A DNA stretch of 64,000 nucleotides, taken from Octopus vulgaris (taxonomy: Eukaryota). The stretch lies in assembly GCA_951406725.2 (NCBI GenBank), contig OX597823.1, forward strand, positions 20,398,001-20,462,000, written 5' to 3'. The notes below the pieces were generated by a model. It was not told where the DNA came from. It did not search any database and was given only the letters and a program-made list of their open reading frames with translations. The position numbers and the translations under genes were made by a program. Each line of letters starts with the position of its first letter. Position 1 is the first letter of the stretch. Positions 1-12,216 of the stretch are shown piece by piece.

Positions 1-129
1 TGTATGTAGAGAGAGAGAGAAAGAGAGAGTCACATAAACATACATAGCTACATAAATATTAACATATATATCAGTTATATATACATTCTTCTAACACATT
101 TACAAATGTCAAATGTGTCGAAGTTTAAA

Positions 130-194
130 TATATACATATGTATGTGTGTATACGCGCACACACACATATATATATATATGCATATATATATAC

Positions 195-235
<41 letters not shown>

Positions 236-352
236 TGTACATATATAAATATATATGCATGTATGCATATATGTGTATATATATATGTACATGTGTATGT
301 ATGTATCTATCTATATATGTATGTGTATATGTTTGTATGTTTATGTTTATGG
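130..352. repeat. compound (TA)n/(TATG)n microsatellite
   Basis: Dinucleotide and tetranucleotide runs seen directly; explains the YIYI ORFs. Confidence 0.95.
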
Positions 353-884
353 TGTAACATCAAACATGCAAATTTATTCAGGAAGAATCCTTAGAGATAT
401 TAATCTGTTTCTCAACCAAAAGCTGATTTTGAAAGGAGAATGAATTTGCTGTGGAAAGAACGATGAAAATTCTATTAGAGTCAACTAATTCGCGCAAAGG
501 TTATTTGGAAACCATTTCACTCTTAAACTTGAATTTAAATCGGAATCAAATGATTTCGTGATATATTATGGTCCAAAGTTCTCAACATTAATGACGTCGT
601 GTAAAATAGATTGTCATAAATCATCAATGAGAACCTACACCAAGTTTGCATTTATAATCGAAATATATATGTCCATTTGTATTCACATCTATGCAGCAGT
701 GTATACATCAAATACACACACACATACATACATACATACACACACACATGTTCTAATCTACATTTGTTGTGGGGCCATCCTTTAGGAATTCAAGTGTGTG
801 TAGAGAGTGTACTACATCTTAGCCATAATTATATACTGATAAGGACTAATACCATCTATTAGGAACCCCAGCTACATAGTATGT

Positions 885-888
885 CATA

Positions 889-924
<36 letters not shown>

Positions 925-1096
925 TGTATGTATGTATGTATGTATGTATGTATGTATGTATGTATGTATACATACATATACATATATAATAATAACGGTA
1001 TGACAACAAAAGAATGAATGAGACCTCGATACTATGTAAATAGAAGAATTTATCTGTAATATAATATGTGACATCTATCTATCTATCTACCTACCC

Positions 1097-1192
<96 letters not shown>

Positions 1193-1224
1193 GTCTGTCT
1201 ATCTATCTATCTATCTACCTACCC

Positions 1225-1316
<92 letters not shown>

Positions 1317-1377
1317 CTATTCATCTATCTATTTATGTATCTATTTATCTTTCTATTTTTCTATCTATCTATCAATC

Positions 1378-1442
<65 letters not shown>

Positions 1443-1503
1443 GTATATGTATATATACACACCCATACACACATGCACACGCATACGCACGCACTCACAC
1501 ACA
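885..1503. repeat. (TATG)n, (TATC)n, (TA)n, (CA)n tracts around an ~80 bp repeat fragment (about 992-1072)
   Basis: Tracts seen directly. 992-1072 (aacggtatgacaacaaaagaatgaatgagacctcgata...) recurs at about 44132-44212. Confidence 0.9.
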
Positions 1504-2210
1504 CAAAACAACCGATCTTTTCAATTTCTCTTTTATATAAATTTAACGATAACAATTCTACAACATAATCTAAATCCAACGACGTAATCTAAATCCTGTG
1601 GCAGTGCAAGGGTGACTGTAGCCCTACATCCTCATATTTTCCCTAACAGCCAACTACAAATGTTATTAACTGCTACCCGGAAGCAGTCATAAGAAAACAA
1701 ATTACTGTTTTTTCTATAAAAAAAAAGCATATAAACATCCAGACTGATCCTCAGAAAGATTAATTTAATTTATTTCAGTTCCTTTTTCTTTTATTTCAGT
1801 ATGAATAGATCGTCTTTTTAAAACGATGGAAAACGGTAGCCCCCCTTCGTTAAAGATATAAATAATGTCTTACTTTCTGCCATTTTTTTCTCTTCATCTT
1901 TTTCAATATAAATGGACTCGCGTGAAACTTCTTAACCTGTTATGTATGTACATATGAGTGTATGCATGAATTCATGCATGTATGTCTGTATGTATGCATG
2001 CAAGCATCCATTCATGTATGTATGTGTGGATGTATGTATATGTATATGTGTGTGTGTCTGCGTCCATGTACATATATATATATGTATAACTATATATCTA
2101 TTTATCTATCTATCTATATATATATTTACACCGGAGCGGGTTAACAAAATCTGTTACTCAGAGTAACAGGTTTTGTTGAATTTTCTGCTGCTTTAAATAA
2201 AGTATATATA

Positions 2211-2622
2211 TAGGAGTGGCTGTGTGGTTAGTAGCTTGCTTACCAACCACATGGTTCCGGGTTCAGTCCCACTGCGTGGCATCTTGGGCAAGTGTCTTCT
2301 GCTATAGCCCCGGGCAGACCAATGCCTTGTGAGTGGATTTGGTAGACGGAAACTGAAAGAAGCCTGTCGTATATATATGTATATATATATATAAGTGTGT
2401 GTGTATATGTTTGTGTGTCTGTGTTTGTTCCCCTAGCATTGCTTGACAACCGATGCTGGTGTGTTTACGTCCCCGTCACTTAGCGGTTCGGCAAAAGAGA
2501 CCGATAGAATAAGTACTGGGCTTACAAAGAATAAGTCCCGGGGTCGACTTGCTCGACTAAAGGCGGTGCTCCAGCATGGCCGCAGTCAAATGACTGAAAC
2601 AAGTAAAAGAGTAAAAGAGAGT
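2211..2622 (+). mobile_element. tRNA-derived SINE family A (CORE-like; possibly an octopus OR-type SINE), full length
   Basis: A box tggctgtgtgg, B box gggttcagtccc, CORE-like cttgggcaagtgtcttc, internal (TA)n(TG)n and (gtaaaaga)n tail; about 14 copies in the window. Confidence 0.9.
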
Positions 2623-3110
2623 ATATATATATATATATATATATATTCATATTCACACGCATACACATTCATACACACATCAACTCACTCAAAACACAAT
2701 TGCGCATGTATGCATGTATGTGTGTATTTAACTTCAGAAAGATTATTTCGAATAATCCTCCAAGACGTCATTTCCATGTAGCGAGATCAAAGATCAGCAA
2801 TTTGGTAATGGTCAGTGTCTGTTCCGTTTATTGAATAGTGGAGCAATTTGCCAATCCACACATTATTGGAGGTGCGTGACCTTATCGTGTCCCACTGTAA
2901 AGCCATCTGTGTGATTAGCACTGAGCCAATCTCCCCCCCCCCACACACACACCGTCGACGGACCTAAACCGATATGATTAAAATTACATTACAATCATAA
3001 GAATTTATTGAGTAAATGACAGATAAGTAGATATAAAGATTTCATGTCCAATTTTCAATAATTAAATCTAATTTTACTCTTAATTTTCTTTTATTAATAT
3101 ATTCTATGGA

Positions 3111-3181
3111 ATGTGCAAGCAGACAATATACTTTGTGAGATAATGTGATAATGTGCAAGCAGACAAATACTTTGTGAGATA
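3111..3181. repeat. direct tandem duplication of about 32 bp
   Basis: atgtgcaagcagacaa(t)atactttgtgagata occurs twice. Confidence 0.85.
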
Positions 3182-3385
3182 GTTTGTGCGTTATACGTTC
3201 ATATCATGTTAAGGTTGTGTTTCTTTCCTTTCATTTTCTAGGTCTCGTAATACCAGTAATGTATTTAGATTCGGTTCAAATAATTTTATCGGTAACATAA
3301 ATATTTACGAGATTGTGACAAAGTAATGTACTATAATCGGCATTTCGTTGTTCTTGTAATTCTTATATGTATTAAAGCATTATGA

Positions 3386-3771
3386 GTGGAGGCACAATGG
3401 CCCAGTGGTTAGGGCAGCGGACTCGCGGTCGTAGGATCGCGGTTTCGATTCCCAGACCGGGCGTTGTGAGTGTTTATTGAGCGAAAACACCTAAAAGCTC
3501 CACGAGGCTCCGGCAGGGAATGGTGGCGATCCCTGCTGTACTCTTTCACCACAACTTTCTCTCACTCTTACTTCCTGTTTCTGTTGTACCTGTATTTCAA
3601 AGGGCCGGCCTTGTCACTCTCTGTGTCACGCTGAATATCCCCGAGAACTATGTTAAGGGTACACGTGTCTGTGGAGTGCTCAGCCACTTACACGTTAATT
3701 TCACGAGCAGGCTGTTCCGTTGATCGGATCAACCGGAACCCTCGTCGTCGTAACCGACGGAGTACTTCCTC
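3386..3771 (+). mobile_element. tRNA-derived SINE family B, full length, 12-bp TSD
   Basis: A box tggcccagtgg, B box gtttcgattccc; TSD aaagcattatga at 3374-3385 and 3772-3783. Confidence 0.93.
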
Positions 3772-3786
3772 AAAGCATTATGATGA

Positions 3787-4461
3787 CAGAATCGTTAGCG
3801 CGTCGGACAAACTACTTAGAGGTATTTCTTCCGGCTCTTTACGGTCTGAGTAGTTCAAATTTCGTCGAAGTCGACTTTGCCTTTCGTCCTCACGCGATCG
3901 ACAAAATAGTACCCTTTAAAATTCCAAACCATTGTTATTAATAGTGAAATGCGGTGAACTGGTAGAATCGTCAAAGTGTCGGAAAATAGATCGATGTGTC
4001 TTTTAACGCTTTACCTTCTGGGTTCAATTCTCGCCAAGGTCAATTTTGTTTTTCTTTCTTTCAGGGTCGATAACAAATCAGCAGTCTAGTCCTGAGGGCA
4101 TCGACTAAACTCCTCACCTTAAAAATATTGGTCTCGTACCCAAATAAGGAACCGAAGGTGGAGAGATGGCTGAATCATTAACAAGCCGGATAAAATGCTT
4201 AGTGACATTTCTTCCGGCTTTACATTCTGAGTTCAAGTTCTGCCATGGTTGACTTTACCTTTCATAAAATAAGTTCCAGTTGAGTACTGGAGTCGATATA
4301 ACAACTAGTTCCCTGCTTTAAACTCCAGGTCTTCTGCCGGGGTCGACTTTGCTTTTAATCCTCTCGGGGTCGATAAATTAAGTAGCAGTGAAACACCGGG
4401 GTCAATGTAATCGACCAGTCCTCTCCCCCAATTTAAAGCCATGTGCCTATAGTTAAAAGGA

Positions 4462-4498
<37 letters not shown>

Positions 4499-4710
4499 AA
4501 TGTCGGGAGCTGGCAGAATTGCTAAAGCGTTGGAAGACTCACTTGCGATATTCTGGCTCTTTATGATCCGGGTTTAGTTCTCGCCAAGGTCAAGTATGTC
4601 TTTTATCTTCACGAGTTCGATAAAATCAAGTACCTGTGAAATCTCGGAGTCGATGGTATGGACTAAACCCATCCTTAAAAATTGCTGGACCTGTGCTTAC
4701 ATTAGAACCA
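3787..4710 (+). mobile_element. cluster of 4-5 decayed tRNA-SINE family C copies (Meta-domain-like body)
   Basis: Repeated ctggcagaatcgttag...gttcaaattc...gtcgactttgcctttc...gtcgataaa...agtacc motifs in the same orientation. Confidence 0.8.
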
Positions 4711-4865
4711 ATCTATCTTCCTAACTGACCCCTACTCACACAGGCACATCAGAACGCCAACACTGACCGCACAGATATCCAAGTATATCCGTACAGGATA
4801 CAAATAGGCCTTCTTACTTCCTCGTTCACCCCATCTACCCTCAAATTCTATAAACACAATACATA

Positions 4866-5020
4866 AGCGTGGCTGTGTAGAAGAAATTTGCTTCCTAACC
4901 ACTTGTTTCCGGGCTCAGCCCCACGCGGAACCTTGGGCAAAAGTCTTCTACTGTAGCCTCGGGCCAGCCGACCAAGGCTTGTAAATGGATTTGATAGACG
5001 GAATCAAAACGGCGCCCGTC

Positions 5021-5024
<4 letters not shown>
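4866..5024 (+). mobile_element. SINE family A, diverged head only
   Basis: Aligns by eye to 2211-2370. Confidence 0.8.
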
Positions 5025-5070
<46 letters not shown>

Positions 5071-5077
<7 letters not shown>

Positions 5078-6200
5078 GAAATGAGGTACTCAGAAAATCG
5101 GATGGTTTATATTTACAGATATTTATTTGTACTCTTTACTCTTTTACTCTTTTACTTGTTTCAGTAATTTGACTGCGGCCATGCTGGAGCATCGCCTTTA
5201 ATCGAGCAACTCGACCCCGGGACTTATTCTTTTGTAAGCCCAGTACTTATTCTATCGGTCTCTTTTGCCGAACCGCTAAGTAACGGGGACATAATCACAC
5301 CAGCATCGGTTGTCAAGCTAGGGGACAAACACAGACACACAAACACACACACGCATATATATATATATATATATACACATATATACGACGGGCTTCTTTC
5401 AGTTTCCGTCTACCAAATCCACTCACAAGGCTTTGGTCGGCCCGAGGCTATAATAGAAGACACTTGCCCAAGGTGCCACGCAGTGGGACTGAACCCGGAA
5501 CCATGTGGTTGGTAAGCAACATACTTACCACACAGTCACTCCTGCGCCTGTATATTACATGTTTTATATATCATGTAACTTAGATCATGTATTAGCGCTT
5601 TCTCCCATTCTAGTGGAGTTTTCAAATCAAACTAAGTTCCTGTGTGAGGTGTTTTGACCATTTTATAGTGGTATTGAGTTTGTGGTGGTGGGGAGGAATA
5701 TCAGACAGTACAAGAGGGTGATGGATGAGGAGAAAGTGAGAGAGAGAGAACATGTGTGTATGTGTGTGCGTGTGTGTGTGTGTTTTTGTATTTTGGGCTG
5801 AGTGCTAAAGAAAAAGAGGGGAAGGGAGAGGGAAGAAGAAAAGAATTTTTTGGTCTGCTGGACAGAATATTGACTCCAAGGGGGTTCTAAGGTTTTGGGA
5901 AAAAAGATTTTCAGTTTTGACCATTTCACAGTGTCACTGAGTGTGTGATGGTGGGGAGGTAGACCATAAATTATATTTCTTTTTATCATTGTGAGAGAGT
6001 TTGTGTGTCTTTAATGGGGGCTGGTCAAATGTTTTTTCGGGTTAGGGGAAAATTTGTTTTTATGATTGTTTTGTAGAGGTGTGTGTGTGTCTGTGTGTGT
6101 GTCTGCGTGCGTGTGTGTCTGTGGGTGCCTGTGATTTTGGAGAAGGGATGAGAAAAAAGGGAGGAAGGAGAAAAAATTGTGTTGATATTTAAACCACTAT
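5071..6200 (-). mobile_element. unclassified repeat (Penelope-like pseudo-LTR candidate) interrupted by a SINE A
   Basis: Reverse-complement match to 11546-11942; degenerate hammerhead-like motif at 5579-5636. Confidence 0.6.
5130..5549 (-). mobile_element. SINE family A, full length
   Basis: Reverse complement of the family A pattern from head (caggcgcaggagtg) to (gtaaaaga)n tail. Confidence 0.92.
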
Positions 6201-6389
6201 ATATATATATATATATATATATACATGCTTATACATGAGATATTAGGAAAAAAACATCTTTTATCGATTCAAAATGAACAATTAAATTACACTATCTAGA
6301 AAATTGCATATCATAGAAAAGTTAAAATTAAAATGACAGTTAAAAAGTAAAGATTAAATAAATTACAAAAATAATATAATGTATATAAC

Positions 6390-6437
<48 letters not shown>

Positions 6438-6502
6438 TGTGTGTATGTGTGTGTATGTGTGTGTGTTTAATACACTTTACTTAGCAAGTTTGGTCCTTCA
6501 TC

Positions 6503-6837
6503 TGGTACAGCTTATTATAGAGATATTTTCAGCCATTTAATTTTGGGGAGAACTTAGCTATGAAATATTTTCCCATATTCCTCCTGAATGAGGTGTCGTT
6601 CTTCGGACATTTGTAGAAGGGAAAGATCTTAAATTTTCCTTCTCCACGCGTAGCTAGGTGTGTACTCAGTGGTATCTTGCGTAGTTCTTCCTGCCGAACA
6701 TATATATTTAAGATCTTTCCCTTCTACAAATGTCCGAAGAACGACACCTCTTTCAGGAGGAATATGGAAAAATATTTCATAGCTAAGTTCTCCCCCAAAT
6801 TAAATGGCTGAAAATATCTCTATAATAAGCTGTACCA
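6503..6837. repeat. inverted repeat with ~130-bp arms
   Basis: 6503-6634 is the near-perfect reverse complement of 6706-6837. Confidence 0.9.
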
Positions 6838-7172
6838 AATTCACGAGTATCTACACATACGTATACGAGTAGCAACTCCGTATAGCAGTATATATACACA
6901 CTCGTAAAAGTATCCAGTAAAAAGGAATTCCCCTCTTTCTTTTAAGCCAGGTGTAATATATCATAATAACTGTACAGTGAATGCAGCTTTGATCAAGGAG
7001 TAAATTTTTCAAATATTAATTATAATAAAGGGGAAAAAAATCGTTAATGAGTTTACCAAGGAGTTTTTCAGGTGCCTTTCCCAGAAGGATTTAGCTGCAT
7101 AAATGAAGACAATTAGCTTTCACCAGGAGATGGAACTTATAACTGTTCTTATTAAGAATGCATCTCTCGATA

Positions 7173-7393
7173 CTTCAACCCTTTTGATACCAACCAGCTC
7201 GAAACTGACCCTGGTTCAATGATACAAACATTTTTGTTTAAAAGGATCCGAAATGAAAGCTTTCCATCAAAATTCCTTGTTAGTTTATATTCTAAACACC
7301 TTGATAGTTATTTTTCTAAATTCTTCATTATTTTCAAAACTAATTAAAACAAAGGCAGTGTATTTCATCAGAAATGTAATAACAAAACGCTCA
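7173..7393. mobile_element. decayed MITE with piggyBac-like (TTAA-CCC) ends
   Basis: Left end tcaacccttttgatacc and right end gtaataacaaaacgctcaa form degenerate TIRs. Confidence 0.4.
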
Positions 7394-7859
7394 AGCTGAT
7401 CTCCTCACGCAGACTCATTATATTAGCTCCCTTTTGAGGACCACAAGGATAATTATTAATATTTCACCAACAAATGTGTCTATGTAAAAACTGAAGTGCC
7501 TTCTAAATATTATACCTGCATTTTATTGACTATTGGTTCCACTGTTGTCTCACCTTTCAGGTGAATGTGAACATCATGACGGGAAGAACACACTACATTT
7601 CACCAATTTTTTTATTCAGGCATTTTTTGGTGCAAGTTTGGTTCATATTCTACCAATACATATACAAAGGATAAATGAACTTTTTTCCATTCTATTTAGT
7701 TGAGTAAATCTTTTAAGGTGATTTCATTCACATATCTCATGCTCTAGAATTTAGAGTTTGGTTCTAAATAAGGATCATGGTCACTAGGACATCATTTCTT
7801 CCATTTTCTAGGGACATTGTGCACAGCAGGAAAGTAATTGCACAGGCAAAGTTTATACA

Positions 7860-8395
7860 TATATGAGATGTTGAGTGCAAGAGAGAAGACTGTGCTGGTT
7901 TGGTTGTGTGATGCATATGGAAGAAGACAGCTGTGTAAAGAATGAAGACAGCTGTGTAAAGAATGAAGACAGCTGTGTAAAGAAGTGCCAAGCTCTAATT
8001 GTGGAAGATGTAGGACAAAATGGTGAAAATGGATCTTTGGATGCTGGACCTCATTGAGGAGAGGATAAGTGACTGAGAGATGTGGTGATTTGCTGTACTT
8101 GATAAGATGCGTTAAGCTAAGTAAAATCATTCTCTTCCACACATATAGGCTTGTGCTTTCTGGTGCTAGTACTACTTAAAAAGCGCCCATGCCAGTGCTG
8201 TATTAAAGCACCCGTGCTGGTGCTGTGTAAATGCACCAATGCCAGTGGCACGAAAAACGCATGACTGTTAAGTAGTTGGCATTAGGGAAGGCATCTAGTC
8301 ATAGAAACCATGCCACAAGAGGCAATTATAGTCTGTACAGCTCCCTGCTAGCTAGCTCCATGTCAAACAGTTTATTCTCGATGGACATGAAGTGT
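7860..8395 (+). mobile_element. RTE-clade LINE 3' remnant with a 21-bp triplication
   Basis: Translation QERRLCWFGCVMHMEEDSCVK resembles the RTE C-terminal RRLRWFGHVxRM motif; gaagacagctgtgtaaagaa occurs three times; decayed 3' UTR follows. Confidence 0.75.
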
Positions 8396-8935
8396 GTGCC
8401 TCTGTCACTGTACCATCACCAGAAGCAAGTACCTTGTTTATAGTAAATGTGAATGCAGAGAATACTCAGTAAACCAAGGTGTGTAGACGAAGGAGGAGAA
8501 TTGCAGAGTGTGTAATGACAGCAGAGAAACCTGAAATGGTTTGTTGATCTCTGTTGGTATCTCACAAATGATGATATATCCTCGTGTACACAAGGAATAG
8601 CGAGAATCAAAATGATAACTTTATTCTTAATATGTTCACATATTTGAATATTGAATATGCTAATCGATTACCATTTGGTAACCATAATACTTCTTCTACA
8701 ATTGAATATAATTTTAATAAATAAAGAATTTATATATTATGGTATTTGATACTTGTCTTTAGTCTACATTATTCATATAAATGCCAGTACCAGGCAGAGG
8801 TGGTTTCCAGCAGTAACAACAGCAATGAAAGCAGTAACAGAATCGTAAACATAAATACATGGAAATATGTCGGCGGAATAGAATACACCTTCATGCCCAG
8901 AGTTAGTAACCACAAGTCACCTCTTACAATCTTAG

Positions 8936-9233
8936 TGTTGTAATGAGAGTCAAGATACCCTCTTGTGAGGAATGGACTGAACCGAGACAGTATATATGGT
9001 TCGTAGAAGTTCATGTTATTTCACAGTGAAGTTGGAAAGTGTCGATTGGTTTTTTCATTTGGAATATTTATTGTTGGTCTGCGAGAGATTGCTGGATTGT
9101 TACGTTCTTATTGTTGCTGCATGGTTATCTTGTTATTGTATCACACTGGTACTGTGTATCGTAGGCCATTATCCCAATAGTGGTAGTACTATTATATTGG
9201 ATACAAACCACGTTACAGCATCTGGCGACGAGG
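8936..9233 (+). mobile_element. LTR (8936-9220) plus primer-binding site of an LTR retrotransposon, internal region lost
   Basis: TG...CA ends with short inverted termini tgttgtaat / gttacagca, followed after 2 nt by tggcgacgagg, complementary to the 3' end of tRNA-Ser(GCU); TATA-like box near 8991. Confidence 0.7.
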
Positions 9234-10074
9234 GGTTTGAAGCTCACGTAGGTTACACGTCACTTGCAAACTAAGCATTAACCTGTTTTCTATTCTTTCT
9301 TACCAGATTGTCAGCCTTATGAACTTCCTCTTTGCCCATGTTTTTCTTCTGCAGCCATCAACATGATATTATTCAAAATCAACTGTGTCAGTCTTACCAG
9401 TTTTGAGTAGCCTGCAAGACCCTAGTCACAGCCCTTGCCATTCGTCTCAGAAGGAATGCAAAAACCAAGGATACAGCTCCGTCTTCCAGTCAAGTTGTTC
9501 AAATAAAACAGAAAAAAACTACAAAAAACAAACAAACAAAAACACAGCAGCAGCATCTGCTATTCCTGTGAATTAATAAGCTGTATACTATATTAAACTG
9601 AGTCCACCTCATCATCTTTAACATGTCTCACAACTCAAACCTTATACTAAATATTTTATCCAATCATTTCTCTCTAGAATAGCAAACTTTACAAGCAATC
9701 ATTTTTCTCCAGACATTAATTTACAGAAGTTGAAAAAAACCAAACAAAAACATCATCTACATTCACATTAACAAGCCTGCAGATATTCTCTGAACACCAG
9801 TTTTTCTCTTGCTCGCACTAATTAATAGTACTAATAGGAATTTCTAACAAAGGCAACAAAGCAAGAAATTTTATAGGAGGACACAATTAGTCAGCTATAT
9901 TAACCCAGTATTTACTTATCTGGTATTTTATTTTATTGTTCTCAGAAACATAGAAATGTGAAGTAAAGTGTGTTGGCACTGTTAACCCTTTTATTACTTA
10001 ATTTCTGGTATATAATGTTTAGTGCCACTTTAGCAGACAGTATACGTCTTTAGCAGACAGTATAGCATGCAATC

Positions 10075-10117
10075 TAACCCTAATTCTAAACCATAGCCCT
10101 AACCCTAACCTAACCCA
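10075..10117 (+). repeat. short degenerate (CCCTAA)n telomere-like tract
   Basis: ctaaccctaattctaaaccatagccctaaccctaacctaaccc. Confidence 0.55.
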
Positions 10118-10664
10118 TAACGAGGCATGTATACAATGTAAACAAAAGGAAAAAACAATACAAACGGATCAAGATTAAATCAATTTTAATGTGGAATATT
10201 AAATTTTGAAATGCACTGTAAGATTTCATAGCAGTACATACACAGTTCGGGTAGAGGTGAATATATAAAATAACCATGTAGGTGTAACACATACAAATTA
10301 ACGCAGGCAAGTAAACAAAAGTTGATGAAAATAAATCCCGAAATTAACACAGGCAAGTAAATAAAAATAAAAAAAGAAAAGAGTGGTGAAAATAATCACA
10401 GGCGGTAAGTGAATACATCCAAATGTGTTTAGTAAAGATGACCCGGAAGTTGTTGCTCTTCCGTATACAGCAGCACATATCTTCAGCTAAACACCCGTCA
10501 TTGATTGGTTAAAATTAACCAAATAAGACAACTTTAACACGAAATAACTTCTAAAATACGAAATTTTGTCCAAAAACATTCAGAGCAAACCGTGTTCTAC
10601 GTGAGAAATTCTACCTGTATTCGAAGTTTCAAACTGTTTAGTGGGTGGGTTTAATGATTAAGAT

Positions 10665-10723
<59 letters not shown>

Positions 10724-10724
10724 C

Positions 10725-11495
10725 ACCATCTTAATCATTAAACCCACCCTTATGCATTGAATCTAAGTTCCAAATATCACAAGGATTCATTCAGTAATTT
10801 TGGTCCATGAAAAATGACTAAACTTTGGGGATTAAGCCCCATTAGGGGGTCTTAGAATCATTCCCACAAAGGGAAATTTTCTTGACACGGTTTAGCAATG
10901 CCTTCGAGTCAACTGTTGCCCGTCAAAAATGTTTGCGGAATAGGAAAAGTAGAAAAGGTATCAAAAAGTAAGCTTCTGGAGCTCTTTCCTTTTACAAGGA
11001 GCTTATGGAAAAAAACTTTTCGTCTCATGCACTCATTAACACTTAATCTATCTGCAAATCAAATTTGAAGCGAATCCGATGTTAAATGCAAAAGTTATTG
11101 AGCGAATAAAAATTTGCAATCAAATTGCAAAAATCGTCTTTACGAGGCATTTTTGTCCTCAGCTTACAGTCGAAGTAAAATATTTTTTCCTTTATAGTCA
11201 TTCTCATAATATTTTCCACCTGTGTCTCAAATGTAAAGCGAATCAGTAGAGAAATGCAAAAGTTATTGCAAAAAAATAGCTTCCCTTATGGAAATTCCCA
11301 TTGAAAACTCCTATTGATTTTTTCAACTGGCCGCCGGTTTGTAATTATCGATTTCTCCAACAATCTGAGTATGCCATGAGGTTTCAGACATGAGTTCTAC
11401 TCACGTGTAAAGCTTCATCAAAATCAATAAAACGATGTAGGAGGATTTAGCTAACTACTCCACTAACACACCCACAGACAAAATTTCCCACATAT

Positions 11496-11500
<5 letters not shown>
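10725..11500 (-). mobile_element. non-autonomous DNA element, possibly Helitron-like
   Basis: Bounded by (TA)n on both sides; internal subrepeats (aagcgaatc...aaatgcaaaagttattg twice); left end is an inverted copy of 10643-10666. Confidence 0.4.
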
Positions 11501-11535
<35 letters not shown>

Positions 11536-11545
11536 GTCTAAATTG

Positions 11546-11942
11546 AAGTGGTCAAAACTGAAATTCTTTCTTTTTTTCCTTGGAGTCCAGTAGACCAAAA
11601 AAATTATTTTCTTCTTCTTCCCTCTCCCTTCCCCTCTTTCTCTTCAGCACTCATCCCAGATACAAAAACACACACATACACACATGTTCTCTCTCTCACT
11701 TTCTCCTCATCCATCACCCTCTTGTACTGTCTTATATTCCTCCCCACCACTACAAAACTCTATAAAATGGTCAAATCTCCTCCCACAGGAACTTAGTTTG
11801 ATTTGAAAACCCCACTAGAATGTGAGAAAGCGCTAATGATCTAAGTGATATGATATATATATATATATAAAAAATATAATATACAAATAAATATCTGTAA
11901 ATATAATCCATCCGATCTTCTGAGTACCTCATTTCTTCTAAT
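11546..11942 (+). mobile_element. second copy of the 5071-6200 repeat family
   Basis: Same sequence in the opposite orientation (both give FSSSITLLYCLIFLPTTT in the ORF track); hammerhead-like motif at 11792-11845. Confidence 0.7.
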
Positions 11943-11989
11943 ATATATATATATATATAGGAAAAAAGCAACAAGAATGGATTAAAATA

Positions 11990-12073
11990 TCGGTACAATT
12001 GTTTCGTACGAGGACATCTTTAATAAGCTACAAAAAATGCAGTAAATATAGATGGCTCGTACTCGTCAGCCGA
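11990..12073 (-). ncRNA. type I hammerhead ribozyme motif, canonical core (Penelope-type)
   Basis: Minus strand: tcgg CTGACGA gtacgag-c-catct...agatg-tc-ctcgtac GAAA CAATTG TA ccga. Stem I tcgg/ccga, 7-bp stem II plus extension, palindromic stem III, GUA cleavage triplet. Confidence 0.85.
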
Positions 12074-12169
12074 AAAAACAACAGAGATTCCCAAACATCA
12101 AAAGGGGTAGATACAAATGAGGGTGTGAGTTTAACTGCATTGAAGGAAGTTCGATATATATATATATAT

Positions 12170-12216
<47 letters not shown>

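Noticed and set aside
3386-3460. tRNA-like cloverleaf at the SINE B head (also A and C heads)
   Set aside because: Continues into a SINE body with a TSD and has no proper acceptor stem; not a tRNA gene.
7912-7985. 21-bp direct repeats resembling a CRISPR array
   Set aside because: No spacers; tandem triplication inside an RTE remnant in eukaryotic DNA.
9285-9576. Pyrimidine tract plus cag acceptor and downstream ORF
   Set aside because: The frame after the acceptor closes quickly and does not join the listed ORF; no donor or homology recognised.
10075-10117. Interstitial telomere as evidence of a chromosome fusion
   Set aside because: Only 2-3 perfect units; such stubs are common inside repeats.
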